Shown: positions 28,301 through 39,800, counted from the stretch's first letter. The stretch: 64,000 nucleotides of DNA from Candidatus Obscuribacterales bacterium (GCA_965228855.1 CBDDIJ010000003.1:2176001-2240000), one strand, 5' to 3'. Numbers and translations: made by a program. The notes: generated from the letters alone by a model not told the origin.

Positions 28301-30026
28301 CGACCAGCTGGAGATCAAGGTCGCTCAGGGAGCCAAGCCGGGAGAGGGCGGTCAACTTCCCGCGCACAAAGTCTCCGAATACATCGCGAAACTGCGTAGA
28401 ACTGATAAAGGCATCACACTGATTTCGCCGCCTCCGCATCACGACATATACTCTATTGAAGACTTAGCCCAGCTGATTTTCGACCTGCGCCAAATCAATC
28501 AAACTGCCCAGGTGTCGGTCAAACTGGTATCAGAACAGGGAATCGGTCCAATAGCTCTTGGCTGCGCAAAAGCCGGCGCTGACATCGTACACGTCGCAGG
28601 GCACGATGGTGGCACCGGTGCTGCACCGGTCGGGTCGATCAAGCATGCAGGTCTTCCATGGGAACTCGGTCTGGCTGAAACAAACCGATTCCTCACTGAA
28701 AACCATTTGCGCAATCGCGTCACAGTGCGCGTCGACGGCGGACTGCGGTCTGGAGAAGACGTCGTAAAGGCTGCTGTCATCGGCGCCGATGAGTTTGCTT
28801 TCGGCACCGTCGCCCTGATTGCACAAGGTTGCATAATGGCGCGCGTCTGTCACACCAATAACTGTCCGACCGGAATCGCATCGCAGAAAGAAACACTGCG
28901 CGAGAAATTTCGCGGCAACCCGGACAGCGTTGTGGAATTCTTCCGCTTTGTCGCCGAGGAAGTTCGCTACCGGCTTGCCAGCCTCGGTTATCGCTCATTG
29001 CGCGAACTCAGAGGTCGAACCGATCTGTTTTCGCTGAAGCCTGTCAAACTGGCAAAGTGCTCGCAGCTGGATCTATCCGAGATACTGGAATATCCTGGCG
29101 GAAGCGGTGCCGATGAATATGATGAATCGATTGCCATCACATACGGTGAATCGTCGAAGACATCCTCGAAGCGCGGCGCAAACAAGTGCGGACTAAACGA
29201 ATTACTGACGAACGATCCCGAAATTGTGAGCGCAGTAGAAAATCAGTCCAGCATTATCAAGAGCTATCACATCACCAACGTAGACCGTACAGTTGGAGCC
29301 AGCCTCAGCGGTTTAATAGCCACTACCCACGGTGACACAGGATTCACCGGACAAGTGGTGTTGAACTTCAAGGGCGCTGCCGGCCAAAGTTTCGCCGCAT
29401 TCAACGCGAAGAATGTCCTCATGTACCTCCGAGGCGAAGCGAACGACTACGTTGCTAAGAGCATGTTTGGCGGAGAAGTAGTCGTCAAGCCGGATAGCTC
29501 ATGCAACGAAGAATCGCCGGTAATCGCAGGCAATACATGTTTATACGGCGCAATCGGAGGAAGATTGTTTATCGCAGGTCAAGCCGGCGAACGATTTGCC
29601 GTCCGAAACTCCGGTGCTCAGGCAGTTGTTGAGGGAGTAGGAGATCACGGCTGCGAATACATGACCGGTGGCACTGTGGTCGTTCTAGGTCCTACCGGGC
29701 GAAACTTCGGCGCTGGAATGTCGGGAGGCATCGCGATAATCCTCGACGAAGATGGCAGTTTTATCGAGCGTGTCAACAAAGACTGTGAGAAAAAGCTCTA
29801 CCACTTAACAGCGCAGTGTGAAGCTCTCGCGAAGAGCCTGATCGAAGATCACCTGAGACTTACCGGCAGCCGTAAAGCACAATTCGTTCTCGAACATTGG
29901 GAAGATTACAGAAGCAAATTCGTGCAACTGATACCGCCTGCGGAGCGCGAACGCGCCGGCATCTCTAAGGAATCGCATCCTGAAATCGTTGTGGAAAGAC
30001 GCGACCGTTTTGTCCACAGCGCATAA
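25320..30026 (+). CDS. gltB: Glutamate synthase large subunit, probably ferredoxin-dependent (GlsF/Fd-GOGAT type)
   Basis: ERDA-CGVGF (catalytic Cys1 at 25419), HRRFSTNT, AHNGEIN, EPWDGP, FAQVTNPPID, QGAKPGEGG, CIMARVCHTNNC 3Fe-4S motif, GXGXG domain; Fd-loop-like insertion; no gltD adjacent; start may be ATG 25350 or 25362. Confidence 0.97.
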   Translation: MNCSIACTFPMTKRMDCCLFNRDEQLNFEERDACGVGFIYRPETSRSTIDDALSALAQMEHRGATGADGVTGDGAGILTTIPKEIFRREGISIDAKDALAVLFIPDNLSKRRNSDLIAMHREYIEKFLKSKGFTARIWRPVPVVRNTLGPVALKHAPLIEHLIISCDRHLIGRELDRAYAELRVSLSQFMRFEIGEPDFYVSSLCRKTIVYKAMTTSQGLVDFYSDLRDPLFQSQWALFHRRFSTNTVSRWPLAQPFRLLAHNGEINTLKGNLNWLHARLSQSELDVQATWDDTRNELTPGSKVDYAGSDSSVLDFCVEALLKEGDSIESAFMKLIPEAHEHHSHLNDHPEIQHFYEFFAPHQEPWDGPALVAFCDATTIGAILDRNGLRPARYSLYSDGTVFLASEAGLKISADADVVKRGRLGPGQMISVDIKTGKVNHDVEVKTEVASEQPFGQWLLKERRALKSGAFSKEWSYSPEELSSRQVAAAYTLEDVESIITFMAMNDSEPVLSMGDDTPLAVLSSRPKKMADFFRQRFAQVTNPPIDPIRERLVMSLTTYLGKRALSLNPHPALARMILLPSPIINDDELSFIEGLAHEFKTARISTLFHESKSLDVAIKQLCNNVAELVRNDAVNIILSDREINSSHLAIPMLAAVGAVHHHLIRTGLRLKCSLVVETAQCWTSHQTAALIAYGAQAISPYLAFETIRHWYWSDKVKALVNDGTNEQYRGLTVYQCQSNFRAVLESGLLKIISKMGVSKLTSYVGAQIFECLGLSREVVDLCFTGTNSPIGGMTFQDLEREIRAHHTKGFSPQPALIDEGVFKNKRAGEYHRNNNDLVKALHTAVALRNSDADDGVRGAQYKEYSELVSQQPPSTLRELVEIRSDREPVDLSEVESVESIVQKFCTGGMSLGALSKESHETLAIAMNRLNARSNSGEGGEDPVRYKKINVSADGTSPDFPGLTGLREGDSAASKVRQVASARFGVTPEYLATADQLEIKVAQGAKPGEGGQLPAHKVSEYIAKLRRTDKGITLISPPPHHDIYSIEDLAQLIFDLRQINQTAQVSVKLVSEQGIGPIALGCAKAGADIVHVAGHDGGTGAAPVGSIKHAGLPWELGLAETNRFLTENHLRNRVTVRVDGGLRSGEDVVKAAVIGADEFAFGTVALIAQGCIMARVCHTNNCPTGIASQKETLREKFRGNPDSVVEFFRFVAEEVRYRLASLGYRSLRELRGRTDLFSLKPVKLAKCSQLDLSEILEYPGGSGADEYDESIAITYGESSKTSSKRGANKCGLNELLTNDPEIVSAVENQSSIIKSYHITNVDRTVGASLSGLIATTHGDTGFTGQVVLNFKGAAGQSFAAFNAKNVLMYLRGEANDYVAKSMFGGEVVVKPDSSCNEESPVIAGNTCLYGAIGGRLFIAGQAGERFAVRNSGAQAVVEGVGDHGCEYMTGGTVVVLGPTGRNFGAGMSGGIAIILDEDGSFIERVNKDCEKKLYHLTAQCEALAKSLIEDHLRLTGSRKAQFVLEHWEDYRSKFVQLIPPAERERAGISKESHPEIVVERRDRFVHSA

Positions 30027-30063
30027 AACTGTTTTGAGCGCGAAGACCGTGCCGATTTCAAGC

Positions 30064-30399
30064 CTAAACGCAAAGTTCCAGACTTGGGTTGAACAAGCAA
30101 GAGCCGCAATAAACCGGCTTCTGACCGCTCGGTTTATACGGAACATAGGTGAGCGCATAGCACGAGGCGCAGACAACAGCGGATATCGACCCGGCGCCTT
30201 TTCGTGAGGTGCTCCTGGATCTCAAAATTACCCGGCAGTTGTGGCAACGGCTCGGCGCGGAATTCACGTTATTGGCTACGAAGTGCTTTTGCTCTGATGC
30301 GCTGAACACAAAGTCGCAGCCGCAATCAACGCAGTTCAAATATCTGTCAAACTCGGTTTGGCTAACAAAATCGTCGCCCATCAAATCAGCGTAATTCAT
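30064..30399 (-). CDS. Zinc-ribbon protein with CxxC-x17-CxxC domain
   Basis: CVDC..F.FSASEQ.......P.RCHNC plus CASC..TYVPYKP....PVYCGSC. Confidence 0.88.
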   Translation of the reverse strand: MNYADLMGDDFVSQTEFDRYLNCVDCGCDFVFSASEQKHFVANNVNSAPSRCHNCRVILRSRSTSRKGAGSISAVVCASCYALTYVPYKPSGQKPVYCGSCLFNPSLELCV

Positions 30400-30609
30400 A
30401 AGTCCTCAATCATGGTGGCTCGGTCATTGTTACTTTCGCTGCACAGAGACTAAGGTCGGGTTAACAGGAGATAAAAACCAGCTTATCGACTGTAAACACT
30501 AGTGTTCGCCAAAGGCTCGGAACGTTTCTATATAAACGAATGACACAAAAACGCCGGCAATGCATTAGACTCTTGACTATGAGTTCGAATTCCGCACGGG
30601 CGTCACATT

Positions 30610-33204
30610 TTGACTGATCAACCAGCAGGCTCAAAAAAACCGTCGCCGAACGACTTCAGTGTCGGCGAAGTCGTCTTCGAAAAATATAAGATCGTCAGAT
30701 TTATCAATTCAGGCGGAAACGGCCGCGTCTATCGCGCCACCGATATCTTCCGAAACGTTGATGTCGCCCTCAAAACCATGCTTTTTGATGAAGCTGACAC
30801 AAAGGCACTTATCCGTTTCCAGAGCGAGGCAAAGACAGCCTCAAAATTCAAGCATCCTAACATTGCCACCATATACGATTTCGGTTTTTCCGGAAACACT
30901 CCGTACCTCTCAATGGAATACATTGAAGGCGAGTCTCTTGCGGAGCGCCTCTCCGGCAACGACACTCTTGACCTGGAAATTTTTTGCGAGATATTTTTTC
31001 AGCTATCGGTTGCCATTCAGCACGCGCATAATCACTCGATAGTGCATCGAGATTTGAAGCCCCAGAATGTCATGATCAGTGAATGTGATGGTTTTCTGCA
31101 AGTAAAAGTTCTGGACTTCGGCGTAGCAAAAACGCTTGCGGAGAACGACATTGAAACCGCAAAACTTACAACCACAGGCGGTGTGGTTGGAAGCCCCCTG
31201 TACATGAGTCCGGAACAAGCTTCCGGAAGAGAATTGACGACTAAGAGCGATCTATATTCACTCGGTGCCATGATGTTCCGAAGCTTGACTGGCAGGTCTC
31301 CACTGAGGGCCGCTTCTTCCATCGAAACCATTATGCTTGTCGCGTCGACAAGCCCGCCGAAAATACAGACGATCAAAGAAGACGTTCCGCCTGAAATTGC
31401 CAACCTTGTGGATGCATTGCTAGATAGAGATCCCGAAGCGAGACCCGACCTTGCAGACGTAGTGATTCCGACGCTGCAGGCGGCTGCCGATAGCCTTGGA
31501 ACAAAGCTGGAAACTCCGGAAGAAATTGCTCGCGGAGCTGGCGGCAAAGGTTTTAATCGAAAATATACAGCCCTCATATGCGGTGCGCTTATTCTCTTAT
31601 TTTTAAGTGCAGGCATAATCGTTTTTTTGCTTTTGAAGAACCCTGAGATGTTCGACACCAAGAGAGAAGAGCCTTTCACTATAAACGATGACGAGACTGT
31701 AAGACCTCTCAACGTAATAATTGAACGTTTGCCACCAGTAAAGGAAGGTTCGAACGAAACTCGTTTTCTCAAGTCAGCTGATTTTAAGGCACCGCATAAT
31801 TACCTGATAAATTGGGAGAACGCAAATGCAGTCGATGAAAGTCTGCTCCTGATTCCTGAGCCTGAAAAGGTAACTGAACTACGATTGAATAAAACAAAAG
31901 TCGAGACGCTAAAGGCTCTTCCGCGATTCAAAAATTTAAAAAGACTGTATCTAGGAGAAACAAAAATAGGAGATCAATCGCTCAAAAACATCTCTGACTT
32001 ACCGCTTGAAACGTTAGACCTCGAAGGCACTAAGGTTTCGGACGCAGGTCTCAAAGAAGTAGCGAAAATCAGGACGCTATCCTATTTAATTTTGTCGACA
32101 TCGGAAGTGACGGCATCAGGTCTTAAGTACTTAAAACCACTCAACTATCTTCGCAATCTGTACATCGGCGAATTGGTCATTAACTCTGCCGACTTGAGAA
32201 GCAACGCGCTAAACTTCGCGCCGAGCTGCTCCGTCTGGTTCAATCACATAAACCAGAATGACATCAACAAACTGCGAGACGAATTTCCCGACCTAAATTT
32301 CAACGAAACCTACGGCGTTATAGCGTCGCAGCGCAAGGAGGCTGAGAGTCTGGCTGCAAGGTCGAAGCGCGCGGCTTTGATAGAAGCTGCTGAAAAGTTC
32401 AGAGAAATAGTCACCACTCTCGAGAGGATCTACGGCAGTGAATCCCCGCGCCTGCGTCATCCAGTTTTAAGTTTAGCGTCGGTAGAGATGAGACTTGAGA
32501 AGCCTAATTCGACACAGATCAAAACTGACTTGCTCAGGTCTATAAGGCTGAGTCAAGCCGCGGCGGACGTCGAATGCGAGCATGATGGACTGCAGTTACT
32601 ATCAATCGAATATTTGAGGGAATTGGATTGCGACAATGCAAGTTCTACTGTCAATAAATCACTCGACTTAGCTGAAAAGATCGAAGCCAAAAATCCGGAG
32701 AGAATTCTCGAGGAATACGAAAAGTGGTCTCGCTCGATTCTGCAGTCAAGCTGTGTCGATCGGGCTCAACAGCTAGCGGACCGCGGTTTGAAATTCGCAA
32801 TGCGAATGAAAAATCCCAATATGGAAATGCTCGCCGCTCTCTTCCAGGTAAAAGGAAACGTCGCGAAACACACCAAACGGTACGACGATGCGATCGCATT
32901 TTTTCGAAAATCCGCGGAAGCAATGGATACGCTTAAACCATTCAACAAGAAGCAATCTATAAATCAAATTTCGAACTACGCATCTCTGGCGGACTGCGAA
33001 GGTCTTCGCAACGAAAACGAGAAAGCTTATCGCTACACGAAGAAGGCTAGAGCTCTCTGCCAGACTGGCATCCCAAGCGACACCCAGGTGCTCATTTACA
33101 CTCAAGCTCTTCATTATGGTGAGTTGATTAACTGCTCGGAAGAGGAACGACTTGCTGTTCAAGAGCGATTGGAGAAGCTGAAGGTTTCCGCTTCCAAAAG
33201 GTAG
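30610..33204 (+). CDS. Receptor-like Ser/Thr kinase: kinase-TM-leucine-rich repeats-TPR-like helices
   Basis: GGNGRVY, VALK, IVHRDLKPQN, LDFG, GSPLYMSPEQ; TM ALICGALILLFLSAGIIVFLLL; LRRs LKRLYLGETKIGD and LETLDLEGTKVSDAGL; helical repeats at the C-terminus. Confidence 0.93.
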   Translation: MTDQPAGSKKPSPNDFSVGEVVFEKYKIVRFINSGGNGRVYRATDIFRNVDVALKTMLFDEADTKALIRFQSEAKTASKFKHPNIATIYDFGFSGNTPYLSMEYIEGESLAERLSGNDTLDLEIFCEIFFQLSVAIQHAHNHSIVHRDLKPQNVMISECDGFLQVKVLDFGVAKTLAENDIETAKLTTTGGVVGSPLYMSPEQASGRELTTKSDLYSLGAMMFRSLTGRSPLRAASSIETIMLVASTSPPKIQTIKEDVPPEIANLVDALLDRDPEARPDLADVVIPTLQAAADSLGTKLETPEEIARGAGGKGFNRKYTALICGALILLFLSAGIIVFLLLKNPEMFDTKREEPFTINDDETVRPLNVIIERLPPVKEGSNETRFLKSADFKAPHNYLINWENANAVDESLLLIPEPEKVTELRLNKTKVETLKALPRFKNLKRLYLGETKIGDQSLKNISDLPLETLDLEGTKVSDAGLKEVAKIRTLSYLILSTSEVTASGLKYLKPLNYLRNLYIGELVINSADLRSNALNFAPSCSVWFNHINQNDINKLRDEFPDLNFNETYGVIASQRKEAESLAARSKRAALIEAAEKFREIVTTLERIYGSESPRLRHPVLSLASVEMRLEKPNSTQIKTDLLRSIRLSQAAADVECEHDGLQLLSIEYLRELDCDNASSTVNKSLDLAEKIEAKNPERILEEYEKWSRSILQSSCVDRAQQLADRGLKFAMRMKNPNMEMLAALFQVKGNVAKHTKRYDDAIAFFRKSAEAMDTLKPFNKKQSINQISNYASLADCEGLRNENEKAYRYTKKARALCQTGIPSDTQVLIYTQALHYGELINCSEEERLAVQERLEKLKVSASKR

Positions 33205-33817
33205 TCTCAAATTTTTCCAAAACCATTGCGAAAGAGCGCAAATCCATAAATATATGTAGGGCAAAGCAAGGGCGATGCAAGATGTAGCCAATCGGCTACA
33301 CGATTACGCGATGAAACTTTGCCTTTTGAATACATTGCGTTCCACTTGGATATCTGCATGAACAGCGCCTTTCCAAATGTAAGGTAGCGAAAATTTTCCC
33401 TAGTTCTAATTAAGAAAACGCCAGCATTTGACACTCGAATTCTACAGCGACGAAACATTCACGCAAGTGTTCCCAGATTGGAGAGGTTTAATAAAACTCG
33501 TGTTATCAGACTCGAATCCGGCACCTCGGAACTCTTACAGCTAACTTTCGGGCCTTTTTGGGCGACCCCCTGCGTATCTTCCGTCTTTACTCTGACCGGC
33601 CAGTTGCTAAACTTCCTGAACTCGGCGATCACGAGACCATCACAACAGCATGTGTTGTGGGGCGGCTTTGCTGCGCCTTAAAAAATTCGGCTCATCAACC
33701 TTGAGCCAAGAAAACCGAGTGTTTTAACTGCCTCCATCGCAGCAAAAGGGCATGGCATCACAATTCCACTGGCATCCCGGAATCCTGGTCAACCGTAAAT
33801 CCTAACTGGTAAACAGA

Positions 33818-36800
33818 ATGCAATCGATAAGAGTGCAATCCAACAAAACTCAATCGCGTTTCATCAGGAGGTTTGGAGCCTCCTTTTTGGCGTTCTTGAT
33901 GTTCTACAGCACGACGGCTGCGTGGGCTAACCCAGAAAGTGTGCCAGTTCAACTGAATACCTCAAACGCCAATCAAAATTGGCGGGCGGCGCGCGAGGAA
34001 TCGCGCGCTTTGCGGCATGAGATGCGCCAGGAAGCGCACATACAACGTATTGAAGATCGTCAGGTGCGAGTTAACCCGGTCGTCACTCCCGGCTTCCAGT
34101 CGGGTCTTGCGAACGAAATCCGCAATGCGCTACAAGCTGATCGAGTGCGCGGTCAGGGCGCGCTCGAACGTGGTATCACACGTGGTGAACGTAAAGAGCA
34201 AAGACAAAACGCTCAGCACCACGATAGAAACACGGCTGTTCTGTATCCGGGTCAAGTTTCAACGTTCAGAACTGCGAGACCGAATGTCCCGACTGCTTCA
34301 ACCAGAGGTTCAAATCGCAATACGTATGTTAACGACGCGGGTAATGCAAAGCTGCTCAACAAGGGCGTTTCACTAGACCTCGCTTCGACCGCAAACAACA
34401 TAACCCTCGGGAAGAATATGCTCGACGGGACGGTCACTATCGACGTGGGCGGCGTCGACAAACAATTCGCAGCGGGCGACAAAGTCACCGCCGCTGAATA
34501 CGCAGCTATCAATCAGAAAGTCGCAACAGGCTCGCAAGGTTTAACACTTTCGAACAAAGGTGCAGCTACTGGCGGAGCGTTGAATATAAACACAATCAGC
34601 GATGACGGAAAAACCATTCGAGCATCAGAACTCGTAGTACCTCAGTCAGTTTCAGTAGTTGGTGACTTCGCAAGAAACGCTGATGGTGTGCGCGTCACAG
34701 GCGACCTCAACAATGCCGGTTCACTGTATGCGGTGTCTTCGAACGCCTCAAAAAATACCGCTGTCATCGGAGCGCGTGACATAAACAACGCTCAAGGCGG
34801 TTCAATCAGCACGAACGTTCCCACTTCTGTTTCGACGCAGTTCGGCGAAGTTAACTCGACACTAGACCTTTCTCTCAAAGCAAATCGCGATTTAAACAAC
34901 GAAGGCTCAATCACAAGCTCCGGCAATCTTGAATTGTCTGCCGGAAGAAAGATCGACAACTCGGGCATCGCAGAGGCGAGCGGAAACCTCTCTCTCTCCA
35001 GCTCCAACATCAGAAACTCAGGAACTATTAGCTCCATCAATAGAAGCGTTTCGATCACAGCGCTCCCAGACATGAACATCAATGTCGATAATGCTGGCGG
35101 CGTTATCAAAGCTCAATCCGGTGACATTAACGTAACTACCGTTTCCGCCGCTAATCCGAAACTCAACACCATGTTAAACGGCGGTGACTGGCACTCAAAG
35201 CAGTTAAACGTCTCCTCGTCCGACGGCGCGGTAGATATCAATGCCGGTGACGTGACAGCTAGAGTAAACGTCAAAGCAGGAAGCGCCCATATCTATGCGG
35301 ATACAAGCGCTCTCGACATCGGAGACTTCGAGGTAAGTGGTGACCCTATCCTAAGCAGCAGCGGCGACGTCAATTTCAGCGGCAACATAGTTACCAACGG
35401 CGCGGATCTTGCGATCATCGCCGGCGGCAATGTTAACGCTAACGGTTTCAACACGATTAACACCTCCAGCAGCAGCGCTAGTGGTGGAGGTGATATCACC
35501 ATCGTCGCGGGAGCGGCATTCACTACTCCTGGGGCGACGCTAAACATCACCGGCGGCACCACCAGTGGTGGTATTCTCAATTTGGACCAACTGTCCACGC
35601 TCGATTCACGTGGGACCGGAATCAACACATCCGGAGGAGACATAAACCTGATCGCTTACTCCGGCGACACCAACAATGGCTCGATTTCCCTCGGCAACGT
35701 CGGAATACAAGCGGGCGGCACAGGCATTACAGCTAACGGCAACGTACAGATCATCGCTGGAACCGCGACAGGAAGCGCGATCAATGTCGGAGCTGTCACA
35801 AGCACTGGTGGCACCGGTGGCGGCGGAGATATCAGTATCTCCACTTCGACACCAGCCATCGTCGGCGGACAAGTTGTAATCGACAATTCGAGCCCGACTA
35901 CTGGAGGTTCAATTATCTCGGGCTCGTTCACGCCAGGTGCAACGCAAGGCTCGAGCATGTCGATCGGCAGCCTCAACGCCGCAGGAACGGTGTCACTATT
36001 AGCTGGAGAGAACTTCAACGTGCCATCTGTGACCGCGGCTAGAACAGTGGTCACATCTTTAGGCAACATTGCTTTCACTTCAACGGTCACATCGCCAGGC
36101 GGGATACTGGCAGTCTCAGCAAAAGATATCGTCAACTTAGGCGCCTCGCAGCTACGCGCGGACTCAGCCACCGGTGACGGTGGCAACATCACATTGATCG
36201 CTGGTGCTGATTTTACGCGGAACGCAAACAATGTTGCGATTAATGGCGCGTCGTCTTTCGGTGGAGTGATCGGTCTTGATCAATCTAGTCAGATTCAGAT
36301 ATTCCGGACAAGTAGCACCGCGATCGACGGAAGCGCGGGCGATATTAACCTCACGGCCTTTTTCGGTTCCGGCTTCAACGCGGGATTGATCCGCATCGGA
36401 AGCGCGGCAGCGATTGAAGCGCAAGGAAATGGTCTGGGCGCCAATGGAACCTTGTCGGTCGTTTCAGGAGCCGATCAAGTCAACGCGATCAACTTCACTG
36501 AGTTCAGAGCAGACATGGGTGCCGCTGGCACTGGCGGTGTCACCCTGAGCGCATCCGCTCCGGTTGCGAGTGCGTTGAACCCGGTCACGTTCGCAACCAC
36601 AACGACTGACTTTGCCGGCATTTCGTCCGCCAACGATTTTCTTGGCGGCAGTCGGACGCCCAACAGCACGATCGGCTTCAATAACATCTATCTTAACAGC
36701 GTTCCATTCACGCTACTGGTCGGAGCCGAAACGGGATTTAGTTCGGTCTCTGGAGCCACGTCATTCACGGCAGATTCGCTCAATAATTTGACCCTCGGCG

Positions 36801-39800
36801 CTGTCAGTGCGAACAATACGCTGCTCACAGCCCTTGGCAATATTCGCCTGAACAGCACGATCACCTCTCCCGGCGGAATTCTAGCAGTTTCGGGACACGA
36901 CATTTACAACGGAGGCGCATCGCAGCTGCGCACAGATTCCAGCACAGGAGATGGCGGCAATATCACTCTCGTCGCGGGTGCCGATTTCACAACCAACGCA
37001 AGCAACATTGCGATCAACGGCGCGTCCGACTCAGGCGGCGTTATCGGGCTGGATCAATTCAGCCAGATTCAAATATTTCGCACCAGCAGTACAGCCACCA
37101 ATGGTAGTGCGGGCGACGTGAATCTCACTGCGTTCTACGGCGACGGTTTGAATGCCGGATTGATTCGCGTTGGATCAGCCGCGACGATTGAAGCCCAAGG
37201 AAACGGACTCGGTTCAAATGGAACACTGTCGATAGTTTCCGAAGCTGATCAAGTCAATGCAATCAACTTCACGGAGTTCAGAGCAAACCTAGGTGCAGCC
37301 GGTACCGGAGGAGTTACATTGAGCGCCTCCGCTCCAATTGCTACTTCACTCAACCCCGTTACGTTCTCGACGACCTCGGACTTTGCAGGAATATCATCGG
37401 TAAACAACTTCTTTGGCGGCAGTAGGACCAGCAGCAGCACCATCGGCTTCAATTTCGTAACTCTCAACGACGCCCCCTTCACGATGTTGGTTGGTGCGGA
37501 AACCGGTTTTGTCGCAGTTACTGGTGCAACACTCTTCAAAGCAGACTCGTTGAATAACCTCAGCATGGGAGCAGTCACCGCGAACAGAACACTTCTCACT
37601 GCCCCTGGAAACATTCGACTTAATGGAATCATTACCTCTCCCGGAGGCGTGTTGGCGGTCTCGGGCCGCGATATCTACAATGGGGGTGCAGCCCAGCTCC
37701 TCGCTGACTCAAGCACCGCCGATGGCGGCAACATTACTCTCATCGCTGGTGCCGACTTCACGAGCAATGCGACCAATGTAGCAATCAACGGTGCTTCAGC
37801 TACCGGTGGTCTTATCGGAATGGACCAGGCCAGCCACCTTCAAGCTTTCAGAACTAGCAGTACTGCTACCGGTGGCAGCGCCGGCAATGTCAATCTTGCC
37901 GCTTTCGCTGGACCTGGTGTCAACGCCGGACTAGTCCACATGGGCGGAGCTGCGTTAATTGAGGCTCAGGGAGACGGTTCTGGCTCTAACGGGACCGTGA
38001 CCATTGTCGGCGGAGCAAATTTTGCCGATGCAATCAATTTCACGGAGGTCAGAACAAACCTGGGAGCAGCAGGCTCGGGTGGCGTCATACTGAGCGCATC
38101 AAATCCGGTGGCATCAGCCCTTAATCCGGTGACTTTCTCAACAATGACTGACTTTGCCGGAATGACCTCAGCTAACGATTTCTTAGGCGGCACGAGAACG
38201 ACAGTTAGCACCATTAACTTCAACGCTATAAACGTCAACAACGTTCCCGTGACGATCTTGACCGGCGCAAATGTCGGACAAGATTCTGCATCTTCCATCA
38301 CCGGTGCAAGTTTGTACCGTGTTGATTCGCTGGGCAATCTGAGTTTGAACTTTATCACTGCCAACCGAACCCTAGCCACAGCACCCGGACGAATTCGGAT
38401 GACTAACGCAATCACCTCTCCAGGAGGCATATTTGCGGTAGCCGGTTACGATATTTTCTCAGTTGGCGCACCATCGTTGTTCGCTAACTCGACCACCGGT
38501 GATGGCGGCAACATCACACTGATTGCTGGTGCAGATTTCACTGTTGGAGCGAATGATGTCTCAATACTGGGTGCTTCGGCGACTGGTGGCTACGTCGGTC
38601 TCGACCAGTCCAGCCAAGTTCAGAACATCACCACTGTAGGTGCTGACGGTTTCGATGCCGGTAATGTCAACCTCGTCGCATTCTCCGGCTCAGCAATGAC
38701 AAATCCGGGACTTGTGCGCCTGGGCGGCGCGGCTGAGGTCAAAGCGTATGCCACCGGCGGCGGTGCCAATGGCGACGTCACAATCGTCTCGGGATTTCAG
38801 GGTCCGATTCCTGACTTCACAAGTACCATAAACGCTAATGTGATAAACGTGAGCGGACCCACTGTGGTCACTAGCGCACCGGGCACTGGGAGTGTGACGC
38901 TCAGTAATTCAGCTCCAAACGCATCTGTGTCGAACCCAGTAGTGCTGACAACCAGCCAATCCGGATTCGGCAACATCACCTCCACAAACAATTTCCTCGG
39001 TGGTACACGCACCGTTGCTGGCGCTTCAATATATGTCAACGCAATTAAGGCAAACAATTCACCGGTTACATTGCTTGGCGGCAACGGCGCGCCTGGAACG
39101 ATAGCAAGCGTTAATTTTGGGGATATCAGCTCCGCAAGTCTCCTGCGCATTGACTCTCTGGGAGATGTCGTAACATCGACAGTCAACGCAAATCAAACTT
39201 TCGTGACAGCAACAGGCGTGATTCGTGTTCCAACAGTTGTAACGTCACCGGGCGGAATTTTGATGGTAGCTCGTTCAAATGTTTTCTCTGGAGGCGCGCC
39301 GCAACTACTCGCTAATGCGGCAAACGGCGACGGAGGAAACATAACGATTATCGCAGGAGCGGATTTCACTGTTGGTGCAAACGACGTGACCATCAGTGGA
39401 GGCACATCAACTGGCGGATATGTTGGTTTTGACCAATTTAGCTCAATTCAAGCGATGAGAACAAATGGTGGCGCAGGCAACGGTAACGCAGGCGACATTA
39501 CGCTTGTGGCTTTCGCTGGAACCGGCGATTTTGCAGGCGTTGTAAGAACCGGCGGAGCCGTAACAATCGAAGCTAAAGGCAATGGCACTGGTTCTAATGG
39601 TGACATTAAGGTTATCGCTGGTTCGAGTTTGACAGACGCGATTCAATTGAAGAATGTCGATTTAAACGGAGGCAGCGCCGGAACAGGAAGCATCACTCTC
39701 AGTGCATCAACGCCTTTAGCTACAAGTCTTGACCCGGTAAAAGTTGCTACAACGACTGTTGGATTCGCTGAAATTATCACGACAAACGATTTCTTGGGAG

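Noticed and set aside
33215..33300. c-di-GMP-I riboswitch (AAACCATTGCGAAAGAGCGCAAA and GGGCAAAG resemblance)
   Set aside because: Elements are in the wrong order and the tetraloop receptor and P1 pairing are missing
33478..33681. 67-aa ORF in the giant-gene leader
   Set aside because: TTG start, no clear RBS and no motif; treated as non-coding
33853..33900. Tat signal (IRRFG) in the giant protein
   Set aside because: Does not fit S/T-R-R-x-F-L-K, and folded export of a protein this size is implausible
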